Positions 27,836 to 44,349 of a stretch of DNA of 64,000 nt are shown here, in pieces. The DNA comes from the human T2T-CHM13v2.0 reference genome, Homo sapiens. The notes below the pieces were generated by a model, which saw nothing but the letters and a program-made list of their open reading frames with translations, searched no databases and was not told the origin of the DNA. Both the position numbers and the translations under genes were made by a program. How positions within the stretch are numbered: the stretch's first letter is position 1; each line of letters opens with the position of its first letter. Where the stretch lies: NCBI GenBank assembly GCA_009914755.4, contig CP068257.2, forward strand, positions 17,696,001 to 17,760,000, given 5' to 3'.

Positions 27836-28924
27836 ATTGATATTAAGTAAATTAGCTCTTTCATCATTCTATGTATTAAAATGTTTGCTAATTTGCTATT
27901 TAAATGTATAATATTTTAATAAGCATTTTATAACACTAAGTTAAAACTTGTGACTAAAATCTATAGAACAGTTCCTACTATAATGAAGGAAAAATAACTC
28001 AGCAGAATACCATTTTTACTTTACATTCTGTATTTTAGCTTCAAAAAGAATTCATTTAAGTTCATGAACTTGCTGAACATTTCATGTATTAGAATCTTCT
28101 ATCACTGATATTTTGAACTTTAGAACATTAGATACATTTTCCCCATGAAAATGTTTTGTAATATTTATAGTTCTCATTAAATTATTGTACTATACTTTAT
28201 AGAAATGGAATCTGAAAATGTTGGCAGCCATCCATGAGGCACTTTAACATATAATCTACTCAAGTTTTTTCTTCAATCATTTTTATCATTAGGCTATTTA
28301 TAATGAGTAACATATAGTTCCATAACCTAACTGTATAAGCTATCATTGAACCAAGTTTAGTTGATGCTAATAACTTCCCATGATTCATAATGCAACAAAT
28401 ATATTTGAGTAAGAATTTTTAAGGTCACAGTTATCTTGGCTCCTAGAAAATTTTTTTTTCATTTTCCAATAAATGGAAATGTCGCATTATTCCTCTTCTA
28501 AACTACTTAAATAACTTCCATTGTTTCTGATTTACATATTTATGAATCAATCCCTATTACATGAAAAACAAACAAAAAACAGTATGGCAATAAGTAATCT
28601 ATTATTTAATCCTAATTTAGCCATCTGAATTGTGTAGTAATTTTTATTGTCTTCAACAGATTTGTTTCTGAAGATGCATTGGAAAACTACTGTTTACTTC
28701 TGGAAAAATAGAACTAAAGAATTTTTAAAGTAAATAATTTTCTAACCAGTGTTTGTAACACTTGCACCAAGCCTATCATAAGCGCACAACTATTTATCTA
28801 GTAATAAATGAATGGGTACTCACATCAAGTGACTTCTTTATTACAAGACCTTTTATGAACCCTCTTCAAAGAGAAGATCCTCTACCTTTTGAAAAAATGC
28901 ATTCAAAAGTTAGAATACAGAAGG

Positions 28925-28990
28925 TAGATAGATTAGATAGATGATAGATAGATAGATAGATGATAGATAGATAGATACACAGATATAGAT
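28925..28990. repeat. (GATA)n tetranucleotide microsatellite, imperfect
   Basis: tagatagattagatagatgatagatagatagatagatgatagatagatagatacacagatatagat. Confidence 0.9.
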
Positions 28991-29519
28991 TAATATTTCC
29001 ATTCGTGGTCCACAAAGGGAAAACTCATGAGGAACAAAGCCTAAAATATTACAACCCACCAAGCAGAGAATCACTGTGGTCCAATTCTAATCATCCTGAT
29101 AAACAGGGTCCTAGATCTGTTTCTAGGTGGCTGGGACAATTGTACTCGCCTATGTTTGAATTTGGAAATAAGCTGATTCCTTACAATTTTAGGTAAAAAC
29201 AGTTACTACAAAATCTAAAATTGGATCTTTGTCTCTTGTTAATTCAAGGCTGAAAATGAACTGAGTGTATGATTCAGAGCCCAGAGCTTAGCTGCTAACA
29301 CAAAACCAGCTTAAGAGCTGTGAACAATGAAAAACCAAGTCATGGAAAATGTTTGTGTCATCTCACTGGCAAACCTTCGGGAAGAGAATCCTAGCAGAAA
29401 GTGAACTGTTACATTAAAACATTCAAAACATGTAAGGAAGGTAACCATCATGAAAGCAGAGACAAATTAAACGAAATAGAAGGAGAACAAATCACATTCG
29501 ATTATCTTAACAAAAATTA

Positions 29520-29786
<267 letters not shown>

Positions 29787-31349
29787 CTATGTCTTCTAGA
29801 CATCAAGCCATTAAATTGTAGGATAATTTATTATACAGCAATAGATAACTTATCCGCCAAGAGTCTCACCCTTGTTTTAAATTCAAGATTCTAGTCTTCA
29901 TTCCTGTCCACTAGTTCAGCTATTTGTTTTGGATATTATTTCTCTTTATACAATCACTACACCTAAAGTAACCTCTAGACATAATATTAGGCCAATGGAA
30001 TTTCTTGGCCTAACTACATACTTTATAGTGGCAAAAAGTATTTTATGAACATTTTAATAGAACCTCCATACGTTTGGAAATAACTATTTGAAATTTTAAT
30101 TATTTCAAAAGCAATCATTTGATGGTAATTATTTCTGAAAAAGCATCTAGTCTCACACAGAAAGACAATTTTCCCATCAACCAGTTTCCATTTATATAAA
30201 TTACAATTTCCTTAATAATAAAATGATTTATCTAAATCATAAAATGAAACACTATCTTGCCAATAGTTGTATCAATGTCTTATTATACTTTGCATATGAA
30301 AGACGTATTCTGTCTTTGTTTCTATTTCTGTTGATATCCACCACAATTAATAGTGTATTTTAATTTAAATTAGGAAATTGTATTAATAGACAGTAGAGTA
30401 ATGCATTATTGACATGCATATATATTATGTTTAAAACTTTTCCTTTGTTATTTACTAAAACTTATGAATTATTTTTAAAATCTCATAAGCAATACTTAGT
30501 AGCATCTGAAACATGTTATTTATATTTTTATGATGCTTATAACTGACTAATATAGACTAAAATATACAAAAATCTCAATGGTGTATCAATTTGGAGGATG
30601 TGTTCTTAATTGTTCCTGTTTTAATGATTATGGATGTGAAGTGACTTACTGAAATTTCCTTATTCAGTCTCTGCTGATAGCAATGGAATGAGTTTGTGAG
30701 CTTGATGCATACTATATTCTGGTAACACAAGAAAGCAAATAGCTTCTTTGTAAGTTAAACTTTTTTTTTTCCTGGCAACACTGGCATGGAAACCTTATCA
30801 AAGAATTAGCTACTCACAGTCTGTAATGATCACCAATTCTCAATGATCTATACTAAATAAATAAGAATATCAGAGAGGAAATGTATATATGAGTTAAGTT
30901 TTTATCCACTTTTAATATATGACAATAAATGCAAATTTGTGAAAGTTTTTAAAGTGCAGTTTTATAAATATTTTAATTATTTTTCAAAATGCCCTTCTCG
31001 ACTACTAGACACCAATAATTCAAGCTGTTTTTCATAAAAGAGGATCAAAAGCACAAATTGCAAATTTATTTTCTTGGAATCTACAGTCTATGAAGATAGA
31101 AATAACTACAAAAAAATACCATAAGGAAAAAAATGTTTGCACAGTCAACTAGCTAAATAAATTATTTACTAAATTCGACAGAAAAATGTTTTGTTTTTAA
31201 TTAATCTAATCCCTTATTGGTAGAAAGTATGTTTTTCATCCTACTACAAGTACTAAAATTGCAGCTAATATTTTATGGAAATAAATTGCTTGGTATTATA
31301 GATATATAAAATATAGGTAGTCTAAAACTATGTTTAGGTTACCTATTTT

Positions 31350-31374
31350 AGATAGATAGATAGACATATAGATA
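31350..31374. repeat. (TAGA)n short microsatellite
   Basis: gatagatagatagacatatagata. Confidence 0.7.
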
Positions 31375-31978
31375 ATCATCAAGGTGCCTATACAATTTAT
31401 TATTATGTATGAGAAAATATTATTTAAAAATCTCTATTTTTAAAATTTTTTTTAATTCTAAAATTGTGTGAATGAAATGGCAGTCCCTGTTGAGAACTAC
31501 AGTCTTTCTGGAAAGGCATAACATTTCAAAGGCTAGAAAAAAGTTCTTCCAAGAACTATGTGGCCTTTCAAAGGCTTCTCCATCTCAGTGACAAACTGGT
31601 AACATCCATCTGACACTACTGTCTTTTTGTTCTTCATAAGGCTGGTTACAATTTACTTCAGAAAGACAAGAAGAACTGTTTTTCACAATGGCTGCAGTGA
31701 AAGAGACTTGTGCCTTTTATCTGTCTTTTTTCTAATAAGATAAATGGAGCAGGTGTAGAGGAATTAATGAAGCAACTGCCAAATTGCAAGGGTCATTGGT
31801 GTGTTGAAAGCTATAAATTAGCCAGGTCTTGCGGGAAATTACCCTCTACCTCTATTGAGATTCTGCCATTTCTAAATTCAAGTTCAAGACAAGACAAAAA
31901 GCTGTTTGAAAGTGGAAAAGAAAAATGCCAGTTAACTTTCATTATTTAGGGTAATTCTAAGCAAAAACACACACACCA

Positions 31979-32003
31979 GAATATATATATATATATATAT
32001 ATA
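31979..32003. repeat. (TA)n dinucleotide microsatellite
   Basis: atatatatatatatatatatata. Confidence 0.85.
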
Positions 32004-35000
32004 AATCACTGTAAATACATATAAACTGTAAATCTACCTATGTAAATATGGTTAAAATTTTACTTACTGTATAGAAGAAAAAAGTTTGTGCTTTGTTAAG
32101 AATATATATTTCTATTGATGGCAGCAGTTTAAAACTACTAGGAATACAATCTACATCCGTGTGCACAAATTTACTGATTTGTTAAATTCATATTAAATCC
32201 AATGTTTTGCAGGAAATTGTTACAGTATAAAAACTAAAGATTTAAAGAAATTTGATTTTAAATATGAGTTCACAAGATATACTTCTCTCACTCTGTGCTC
32301 CAGACTCTTTCTCATTATTAAATGAAATGTTAAAGGAAAAGTGCTATATTTTAAAAACACATAAGAGATAATAGAATAACAGCTCAAGAGAATCTTAGGA
32401 AATCTTTTGAAACATGTTAAATTTTTATTTATTTTTAAAGTTAGAGAAGGACAAAACAATAAATCTAACGCAGTTGTGTTGTAAGGAAAATAATATATTT
32501 GCACTACAGGTGCATTTGCAAATTATGTCAATTCTTATGAATATTCTGCCATTGCAAGAATCTAGGATTTTGGTAAATAGTTTGAATATACATACATTAT
32601 TGCATTTCATACGTTGATCAATACGGAAAAAATAAAAAATTATATTGCTAAATCATCTCATCAGTAAAGAATTAAAACTCTTCATTTACTCATCACCTTC
32701 TATGTATAGCAGTGAAGTTTTAAATTTACCAATCCTATTAACTTAATGTTTTATGCAACAGTTCCTTCAACATCTGAATTTTCCACTCACCAGTTTGGAT
32801 CCCATATTTCATAATTCTGAGACTTTACATAACAGTACAACTATCTTGTCACAAATCACTCTTTTAATGATGCAGGCTTGAAAAATCCCAATTCATGTCC
32901 ACAGCAGGGCAGATAAATGTGGGTGAATAAAATCTAAAAACTTGTTGAGTAGCCTTATTTTGAATCTAGAAATTATAACACCAATTATGCCCCTGCTAAT
33001 TGATTGGCATCAACTATTCTTGTTAATTTTACTGTATTTCTGCAAGCCCATTTACCCTTCCATTCCCCTATACGCTCCTCTTTCCTTTTCAAATGCCTCC
33101 ACCTTGAGCCTTGTTCTCAACTGATGATTGTACTTCCTGTTTGACCAACAAGATGTAAAAGAATAACAAAAAAATTGTGAATGACCCCACCAACCCTTTA
33201 CTATCACAGATTTGTTTGTTGATTTACCCTCATTTCTCAGGATTCAAACATTGGAGCATAACACGGAGCCATCTTCAGTCTTCATCCCTTCCAATGTTTC
33301 TTGGGTAGATTATTTTAAGTATCATTTGGATGCTAGTTTCTCCTCAATTTTATAAGCTGCCTAGCTTTCCTCCTTAACTGAAGACATATGCATCAAGTGC
33401 CTTTTCAAAAAGTCCCCTTGGACATCTAATAGGTTTCTCAAGCTTTACCTGTTCAAAATGAAAGTCCTAATTTTTTTTCTCACAGTAACCAACTCCTTTG
33501 GCATTCTTCTTCTTGGTAAATTACACTTGCATTCAGTCAGTTACTTAAGCTGTAGTAGAAACTGGCCATCTGACTAAACCATTTCCTCTTGCAGAAAATA
33601 CACCACAATTTCCACCGTGGTAACTGAGACCATGTTACTAATTCTAGCCACTAGAATGTGTACAGGAGTGATGTGTATCACTGTAAGTCCTAGCCTGTAA
33701 ATAAACACTACTTGCAGTCCTCCTTATTCCTTTCTGCTCTTGTGGCTGGGATGGAGATCATCCTAGGTCAAACTTGGAAGCCACATGCAGAAAAGGAAGA
33801 GCCATAATATAGAAAGAGGTGGGACTCCTCATTCTCTGCTTGAATGAGGTTTTCCTGACCAAGAAAATACAGAGCAGATTAATATGTGTGCAAGAAATGT
33901 ACAAATGTTATGTCCTTGATATTGCTAGAATTTGTTTCAGAAAATAGAATCATCATGCATCTCAAATATATTGAACCATCATAATTCTTTGTATTGCATC
34001 TTCATTTATTAATTATATTCATAATTCAGCCATTTTTACAACTTCTCTGTTGTAAGAGATCATCCTGTTCTGACTGTTATGACTCAATAGGATTACTCCA
34101 ATTCTGCAGAAATACTTTTCTTGAAAACACATTTACATCCTTTCTCCTATTATAATTTTGTTTTGAAATGATTCTGTTAAAACTTGCCAGATAATGTCAC
34201 ACTCCTGCTCAAAATTATACAGTGAATTCTCTTCTCAAAATAAGCAACATAGATTTATATGAAATTTCTCTCCCTCACTACCACTGTGACCTTCTCTTCC
34301 ACTGTTTTATTCCTCACACTCTGCTGAAATTCTATGACCACTTCTAGATCTTCTGATTTACTCAATGTAGTCACTCATTTGTGTCTTTATTTCACTTAAT
34401 CCTTCTGCTTGGAAGGCTTTTCCGCAAGATATATGAAAAGCTTTCTTATCCCATTCATTCAGCACCTACTCAAAGTTTGGAGGGTTAGAATATAACAATG
34501 CATTTATATCTCTTATTTTAGTAATTTCTATTTTGTGGCATATGAGCTGTTTTCACTTTTTATGGTTTTATAAACAATGCATGTCCATGAGCATATGTGA
34601 ATGCCTTTCAATATAGCATTTACCAAAGTTTACATGTATTGTCCTATAGTTTAATTGCAGAGTGATGAGATATGAGATGGTTATAATATGCCAGACAATC
34701 CAAAATGATAGTACCAATTCTTATTCCCAGCAGATGAGAATTCCAAAATTCAAACTATTTACAAAAACCTAGACTGATCCATTTTTATTTTTTTAACTTT
34801 TGCATTTTTTCTTATAATCTAATGAATGTGGTCTTAAGTATCAGTTCCCTGGTCATTAAAACATTTGGAAAAGTTTTTATACATTTATGGACCATTTATG
34901 TGATCTGTTTTGTCACGTCTGTTCCAATTTTTAGCTTATTTTATTCTTGTGGTATTCTATCTATTCTATCAACTGTATGAGTTTCTTTTGTTAGTAGTTA

Positions 35001-35309
35001 TTTATGTGGTATAATAGTTGGATATATTTTCCCTCAAGTTGTAGTTGGTCTTTTAAATTTTGCTGTCTCTTTATGTAACACATGTTAAGATGTTAATAAT
35101 CATAAATACTTAGTTTATCAATTATTGTATTTTTGTACTTTTCATTTTTTGTGTTCTAATGCATTCTTTTTCTTTTTGATCTGAAGGGCTTATTACATTT
35201 ATTGGCATACAATTTTAAAGTATCATTTATCTTTAAAATATCTGCAGCAACTTTAAATGCGCCTTTTTTCCACTACTGATGTTTAAAAATATTTTCCATT
35301 ATCTCTTAA

Positions 35310-36440
35310 ATGTAAATCCCAAATCTATACAAAACCTTAAAGAAAACCTACAAAATGCCACTCTAGACATAGATTCTGGGAAAGATTTTGTGATGAAGAT
35401 GCCAAAAGAAATTGCAAACATAAACAAAATTGGGACCTAATTAAACTAACGGACTTCTGCACAGCAAAAGAAACTATCAAGGGAGTAAAAATCCTACAAA
35501 TTAGGGAAAATATTTGCAAACTATGCACCTGATAAAGTCTAATATCCACAAACTATAGGAAACATAAATTAACAAGCAAGAATTAAACATTAAAAATATT
35601 AAAATGCCCATTAAACATAGAAAAGAACATGAACAGACACTTTTCAAAAGAAGACATACAAGTGGCCAACAAGCATATGAAAAAAATTCTCAGTATCACT
35701 AATCATTACATAAATGCAAATCAATACCACAAGGTACCATCTCACACCAGCAGAATGGTTATTATTAAAAACTCAAAAAATAACAGATGCTGGCGTGGCT
35801 GTAGATAAAATGAAATGCTTATTTGCTGTTGGTGGGAAGGTAAGTTAGTTCATTCACGGTGGAAAGCAGTTTGGAGATTTCTCAAAGAAATTAAAAACAG
35901 AACTACCACTTGACTCAGCAAGATAATTACTGGGTATATACCCAAAGTAATATAATTTGTTCTGCCACAAAGACACATGTGCACGTATATTTATTGCAGC
36001 GCTATTCACAATAACGAAGACCTGGAATCAATCTAGATGCCCATCAATGGTGGACTGGATAAAGAAACTGTGGCACATATACACCATGGAATGCTACAGA
36101 GCAATAAAAAGGAACAAAATCATGTTCTTTTCAGCAACATGGATGCAGTTGGAGGTCATTATCCAGAGCAAATTAATGCAGGAAGAGAAAACCAAATACT
36201 GTGTATTCTCCCTTATAAGGGGGAGCTAAACATTGAGTACACATGCACATTAAGAAGGTAACAGTAGACACTGGGCCATACATAAGTGTGGAGGGTGGGA
36301 GGAGGGTGAGGAATGAAAAACTACTATCAGGTACTGTGTTCATTAGCTGGATGATGGAATAATATGAACACCAAACCCCATGACACACAATTTACTAATG
36401 TAACAAACCTGTAACAAACCTGCACATGTACCTCCTGAAC
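35310..36440 (+). mobile_element. L1 3' portion (older L1PB/L1MA-like): ORF2 C-terminus plus 3'UTR, sense
   Basis: The six-frame ORF 35957-36229 translates to ...IFIAALFTITKTWNQSRCPSMVDWIKKLWHIYTMECYRAIKRNKIMFFSATWMQLEVIIQSKL..., which is an L1 ORF2 C-terminus. Upstream: ...cttctgcacagcaaaagaaactatcaagggagtaaa...aacatgaacagacacttttcaaaagaagacatacaagtggccaacaagcatatgaaaaaaa... The segment ends with the L1 3'UTR tail ...taatgtaacaaacctgtaacaaacctgcacatgtacctcctgaacctaaaataaaagtt. Confidence 0.82.
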
Positions 36441-36566
36441 CTAAAATAAAAGTTGGTAGGGGAAAGAAAAAGAACACTTTCCATTGTGTCTTGTCTGCAC
36501 AGTTTCTCTTAAGAAGTCAGCCATCAGTGAAAACACATATTTTCTCTTAGCTATTTTTATGATTAA

Positions 36567-36890
<324 letters not shown>

Positions 36891-36910
36891 AAAACTTTGA
36901 TTTTCATTAA

Positions 36911-36982
36911 TTTTTTGTTTCTTTGACAGGGTCTCATTCTGCTGCTCAGGCTGGAGTGCAGTGGTGCAATCTTGGCTCACTG
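36911..36982 (-). mobile_element. Short Alu 3'-end fragment (inverted), older
   Basis: ttttttgtttctttgacagggtctcattctgctgctcaggctggagtgcagtggtgcaatcttggctcactg, then it breaks off. Confidence 0.7.
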
Positions 36983-39394
36983 AAAACTCTTTGAGAAAAT
37001 TTAAGTGTTTTTTTTTTTAAATAATTCATTCTATAGTATGTTTACTGACCCTGAATCAATTGTTTTTCTCATCTATTACCTTTTTGAATGCTCTTTCATC
37101 ATTATCTGTTTTTTTTCTATTATATTTTTTCTCTTGCTTCTTTAGGTTGGGAAATTTTTAGCTTGTTAATTTATATTTTTTATGTGCCCACTTACAGTTA
37201 ATTCTATACACTAGCTAATTTCAGATATTGTATTTTTCCATTCTATAATATGGCTTAAATTTCTGGAAAAATTCTCCTTTCTTTTGTCTATTTTAGCCAC
37301 TAGTCATTATCTATATTTTCACCATATTTGGCACAGTTATAGTCAGTTTTTTCTTGCTATTCCAATTTCTTGACAATTTTCACAGCTCCTAGTATTATTT
37401 TTCTCAAAATTTTCTGTCATATTTTGGTCTATTTGAGTTTCTAGTAATTTTATGGAACTCTAAATTTTATACTGTAGAGACTTTAAATATTTTCTTTCAC
37501 TAGAAAAGGCTATTTTTTTCCTCTGTCATGCAGATAGAGTGAGAGTATGATCATTTCTCTCCAAACATGGATATAGTTGGATCAGTACTAGACTAAAATT
37601 TGAGGAATACTTGGTATACTCTGCTTCATTCCTATTGCTTAAGCATAGGCTTCTGGGCTTTTGATTGAGAGAGGTTATCTGATGTTTGCAAGCTCATCCC
37701 TGAAAGACTACAGAACATCATTGCTATCCTTTGATATTTTTCTAGTTGATATGTCTAATCTCTTAAGCCAGTGCAGAATAAATATTGGCATATATCTGTA
37801 GGTGAAACCACTGCTTTATTCCTTGAGCACAATGGAGGAAATTTTACTCCACCTTTAGAAAGGCTCTTTCTAGGTCTTTAGCCTCTGAGCAGTCCCAAGA
37901 TTCAGAAAATATTTTCTGGTGATATCTAGGCATGTGGATGATGCTCCTCAAGTTGTAACATTTTGATTATTTAAAAAGCATCATTGCTTTTTGTTTTTTC
38001 CTTCCTCCAGCATAGTTTGTCTGCTGTGGTAAGCCCAATTCTATGGCCAATTCTAGGAGTGGAAAAGTCACCCAGCTTCATAAGGAAAACAAAAACAACA
38101 TTGGTGAGCATCAGCTTAACTCTAACAGTTCTAACCTCTTGAGTAAGATATAAAATTCTAAAATCTATTAATATCTAGTGAAATCTCTAGCAATTCAGCT
38201 ATATTAGATAGATACACATTATTATTAGCTTCATATCAGTTTAGCTCAGGATTTTACACCAAATGAGGTGGCACTAATTTTGTTGAAAATACGTGTTTTT
38301 AGAGTTCACTTATTTTGATATTTGTGAATAAGTGGCTTTGGATCTGCTAGTATTCCACTAATTTTCTGATTAACAAAAAATAGTAAAGTACTTTAATCTC
38401 ACTCACCCCTTGTTAATGCATATAGTATTTTTTTGCTGTATGTTTTAATTTCAATTTATTTTTAATATCAAAATCATTATTAGTGTCATTTAAAAATCAT
38501 TACATCATCCTGTATATTTTTTTCTATTATTTATTCTTCAATCTGACCTTCCATATGAAATAATTTTATTTTTTAAATGTTATGTATTTATTTATTTAAT
38601 TCATTTCTATTTAATGAGATTTTGCTAAGAGAAAATTATTCCTGTTTTCCTTTGGTAAAAATGTCTAGCTAATATTCTTAAGATATATTTGCACTGGGTA
38701 CAGAATTCTAGCTAGACATTTATGTAATTTTATTACAGAAGAAAAAATTCCATTTTTCTAATTTTATTTTTGTTTTGAAATATTAGTATAATTTATCATT
38801 AAAGGTAAATTATTGTTTCCTTTTTCACACTTTTATATTCTTCTTTATATTCTTTCTAAAACTTAATATAGGCTTTAGGTTTTCTAAAATTTTACCTTAC
38901 ATGTTTTACTTTGATTACCCTGATCAGGATTTATAGGTATTCTTATGTATTTGAATTGAAATTTTTAAACATTCTTCATCATTTTTTTCTTCTAATGATG
39001 CCTCTGTCTCATTTTCCCACTCTTTCGTAAGTCCAGGTAGACTTGTTATGATTTCTTACAATTTGTCATTCCTTATAAGATCACCTTCATATTTTTCATT
39101 TACTTTTCTCTTGAAAATAATGTATATTGTATTCAATTTTATCTCTCATTTCTCTAATTACCTCATTAATTTATCTATTTTGTTTTGAGTTTTTAATTTG
39201 TATTGTATCAAGTTAAAATACACATAGAGCAAACATACAAATCTGAAGTTTATAATTAAATGAGTTGAAGGAAATATGTTCACCTATGTATCCACAATCG
39301 TAATTAAGATACAGAAAATTTCTCTTACCTGAAAATACACTTATGTCCTTGTCAGTCATTTCCTACACCCTATAAACAAACACAATTTTGCATT

Positions 39395-39790
39395 TTTTTG
39401 ACTATAGGCTGTCTTAGTACATTCAGCCTTATATAACAATGTATCATAAACTGGATGGATTATAAACAACATAAATATATGTCTCACAATTCTTGAGGCT
39501 GGAAATTCTAAGATCAAGGCACTGACAAACTGGGTGATGATGAGGGCTCACTTCCTGGTTCACAGACAGCCATCTTTTCACTGCATCTTCACATGTCAGA
39601 AAGGGTGAGAGATCTCCCTGAGCTCTCTTCTTAAAAGGGCACTGATCACGTTCATAAGGACTCTGCTGTCAGGCTAACTATCCCCCAAAGTCCCCTCTAG
39701 CTAATAAAATCACCTTAAAGGTTAGGAATTCAAAGTATGAATTTTGGGGTGATACAAACATTCAGACCATAGTGATTAGTTTGATTTCTA
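39395..39790 (-). mobile_element. Solitary LTR of ERVL-MaLR type (MLT1/MST-like), inverted
   Basis: Typical MaLR LTR theme in reverse complement: ...ttcttgaggctggaaattctaagatcaaggcactgaca...ggctcacttcctggttcacagacagccatcttttcactgcatcttcacatg...tcttcttaaaagggcactgatcacgttcataagg...caccttaaaggttaggaattcaaagtatgaattttgggg. Confidence 0.6.
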
Positions 39791-39877
39791 AATTATATAG
39801 TAAGTTGCTTAATTTTAATTTTTTTTTTTAGTATACTTAATTAATAAATACAGGAAGAGTTAGAGAAATGCTCTTTG

Positions 39878-40207
<330 letters not shown>

Positions 40208-40371
40208 AATGCTCTTTGGCTAAATTCATTTTGTCATTTACCTCAACTATTGTATTTTTATTATAACATATTTCTCACGTGTAGTATCTCAATTGGCTTT
40301 CCTTTACAAATCCCTTTGTGCTTTACATTATTTATATATCTTGGAATGCTTTAAGTTATGATGACTTTCTA

Positions 40372-41891
<1,520 letters not shown>

Positions 41892-42517
41892 TAATGTTCC
41901 TCAAATAAGTCATCTTACCGTGGAGTTATTAACTGGTAATATGCAGAGCCTTTGAGACCCACCCAACCACAAGCCTGGTGCCAATTGTATTAACTAGTAA
42001 GAGAACATCACAAGCAATATTTTAACTATTTTTTCAGGTCCTTGCCCCTATTTTGATTTTGCAGACTTAGATTATGAAGAAGAAGCCAGCAGTCCATGTT
42101 ACTTTGCCATATTGTAAGAAACTATATAAATCATATTTATGGAGCAAATTGTATGCTACATACTGTGGTAAATAATAAGTCAGATATGATTCCTATAAAT
42201 CTGTTGTATTTCCAACTCTTGATGAAACAGTAGGTGACTATGATAACTAGTAAAGAAAGGAGAAGAAATTTCATCTTCAAAATTTCTGTAGGGTATATAA
42301 TCCCTTAAGTAAGTATGACAACAGGTTATAAAAATTTCTAAGTCTTCAATAACCTCAACTACAGAAAGGGATCTTTTCAATCTAAACTATCTAAGAATAT
42401 ATGATATCCATTTCACTACTTCAGTAGTGAAATTATTTACTACAGAATGAGTAATTATGGTTACAAATTTGAAATAATATGTGTTATCAGGGTTTCTATT
42501 TCTACATGGAGCTTATT

Positions 42518-42640
42518 TATTTTTTAGAGACAGGGTTTCACTATTTGCTCAGGCTGGCCTCAAACTCCTGAGCTCAAGTTACCCTCCCATCTCAGCCTCT
42601 CCAGTACCTGAGATTACAGACATGCATCACTGTGCTAGCT
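42518..42640 (-). mobile_element. Alu fragment (right-arm/3' half), inverted
   Basis: ttatttattttttagagacagggtttcactatttgctcaggctggcctcaaactcctgagctcaagttaccctcccatctcagcctctccagtacctgagattacagacatgcatcactgtgctagc. Confidence 0.75.
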
Positions 42641-44349
42641 GTGTGAACTTTTAAAGTACCTTTAGATCAACTATATTATATTGAGTAACACTAGTGAATT
42701 ATATGTGGCAAAACACTTCATTTGAAATAGTTATCTTTACTAATATAAAAAAACTTGCTATACTACAAACGTGGAAAAAAGTCAATAAATGGCACCATAA
42801 CATTAGGACAGATACATATCTCTATTTTCTGTGTTTCAAAATACATTTTTTAACTATGTTCCTTACTAGTTTAGAGTTACTGAAAATTCAAATCTGGCCT
42901 CCAAAAATCCTAACGGTTACTTATATGTTTAAGTTTCATAGCACTGTCCAGTTTATTTCATGGTTTGCATTGTTCCAAATTTAGATATAATTTCTGTATT
43001 ATTTTTATATGAAATTGGAAGTATTCAAGCAGTAACACACTTTATAAGGAAGTATCCCTGAGAGAATTTCACTGATTGTGTTTTAATAAGATGAGATATA
43101 CTAAGATTTCAGTTCCATATTATTGTCTTGTTGTAGAAACTGTCCTTATTCAGTGATGCAGAAAACATTTAGTTTCCTCTTAAATTCATAGATTCCTATT
43201 GAGATACAAATGAATTGGATCTGGCCTTAGAGTTTTAATATTCATATTTTAATTTTTTATGAATGTGCTTTTCCCCTACTAATCTCTTCTTTTCAGCACA
43301 CACTTTTATTAATACTAAGTAACAACTTTTGTCTTACTAGCATCCATACTTGCTAACGACAGATAGATTAGCATAGAAAATCACTAATAAAAAAACTTAA
43401 TAAAAGAGTTCTCAAAGTATATGACTTAGAAACTCACTAAAAAGTGTTTAAAAAGTGAGATGCCCTTAGCTGGCCAGGGCAGTTGGGGTCGGGGGGTGCA
43501 GAAATGTAGAAAACTCTGTGTTAAAGTTAAGTAGATTTTTCTCCACAAGAAAGACAAAATATCCTAACTTGCTAACGGGTATTGAAAATATACAGTTGAA
43601 AACACAGTATTTCACATTTTCTAAACAAATTTGCAATACCTCATATTACTAACTCCAGTTCCTGTTTTGAAGAATGCTAATATAATGGCAAAACAAATCA
43701 GAAAAGTGTGGTTTTTCACTAAAAATAGGGAAAATAGTAAAGGCACTTAAATATACTGACATATTGTAATACAAATATCAAACACTTTCTATTAAGTGAT
43801 ATGGACAGCATATAGGAGGACATAATTCTAACATCCCTTGTATCATTAGTTAAGAAAGGAATCTTGGACAGGACTTAAAAGAGATGAACCCTCGGAAATA
43901 TAATAAATGTAATAATTGTACTAGATTAATTTTTTCCTAGTCTTCTTTTTGTATGTGTGTTTAAGAACTCTATAGAAATAGTGTTAAAATAAAGATCCCT
44001 CAAGGGCTATCTTTTCACATCTTAGTTAAGAATATCTGGGTAAGCTTCCAGCAACTGTACTTTTAAGTTATTAGGTATCTGGGGATTCTCGTGCCCAACA
44101 ATGTTTGAAAATCAATTGTCTAAAAAATCAAGAGTAGAATAACTATAGCCTGCAGGCCAAATCTAGCCTACAGCCTGTTTTAATATGTTTACCAAGCAAA
44201 GAATGATTTTTACACTGTTTTGATATGTAAAAAATAAAAGAGAAGAGAAAAATATGTAATAGACACCATATGTAGCCCACACAGCCTAAAATATCTACTT
44301 TATGGTCATTTATTTTAAAGGGTTGGTGATCTCTGGCTTAGACATGATT

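Noticed and set aside
35957-36261. ORFs of 90 aa and 74 aa with protein-like composition
   Set aside because: L1 ORF2 C-terminal remnant (...KTWNQSRCPSMVDWIKKLWHIYTMECYRAIKRNKIMFF...) of an older L1 copy with frame disruptions.
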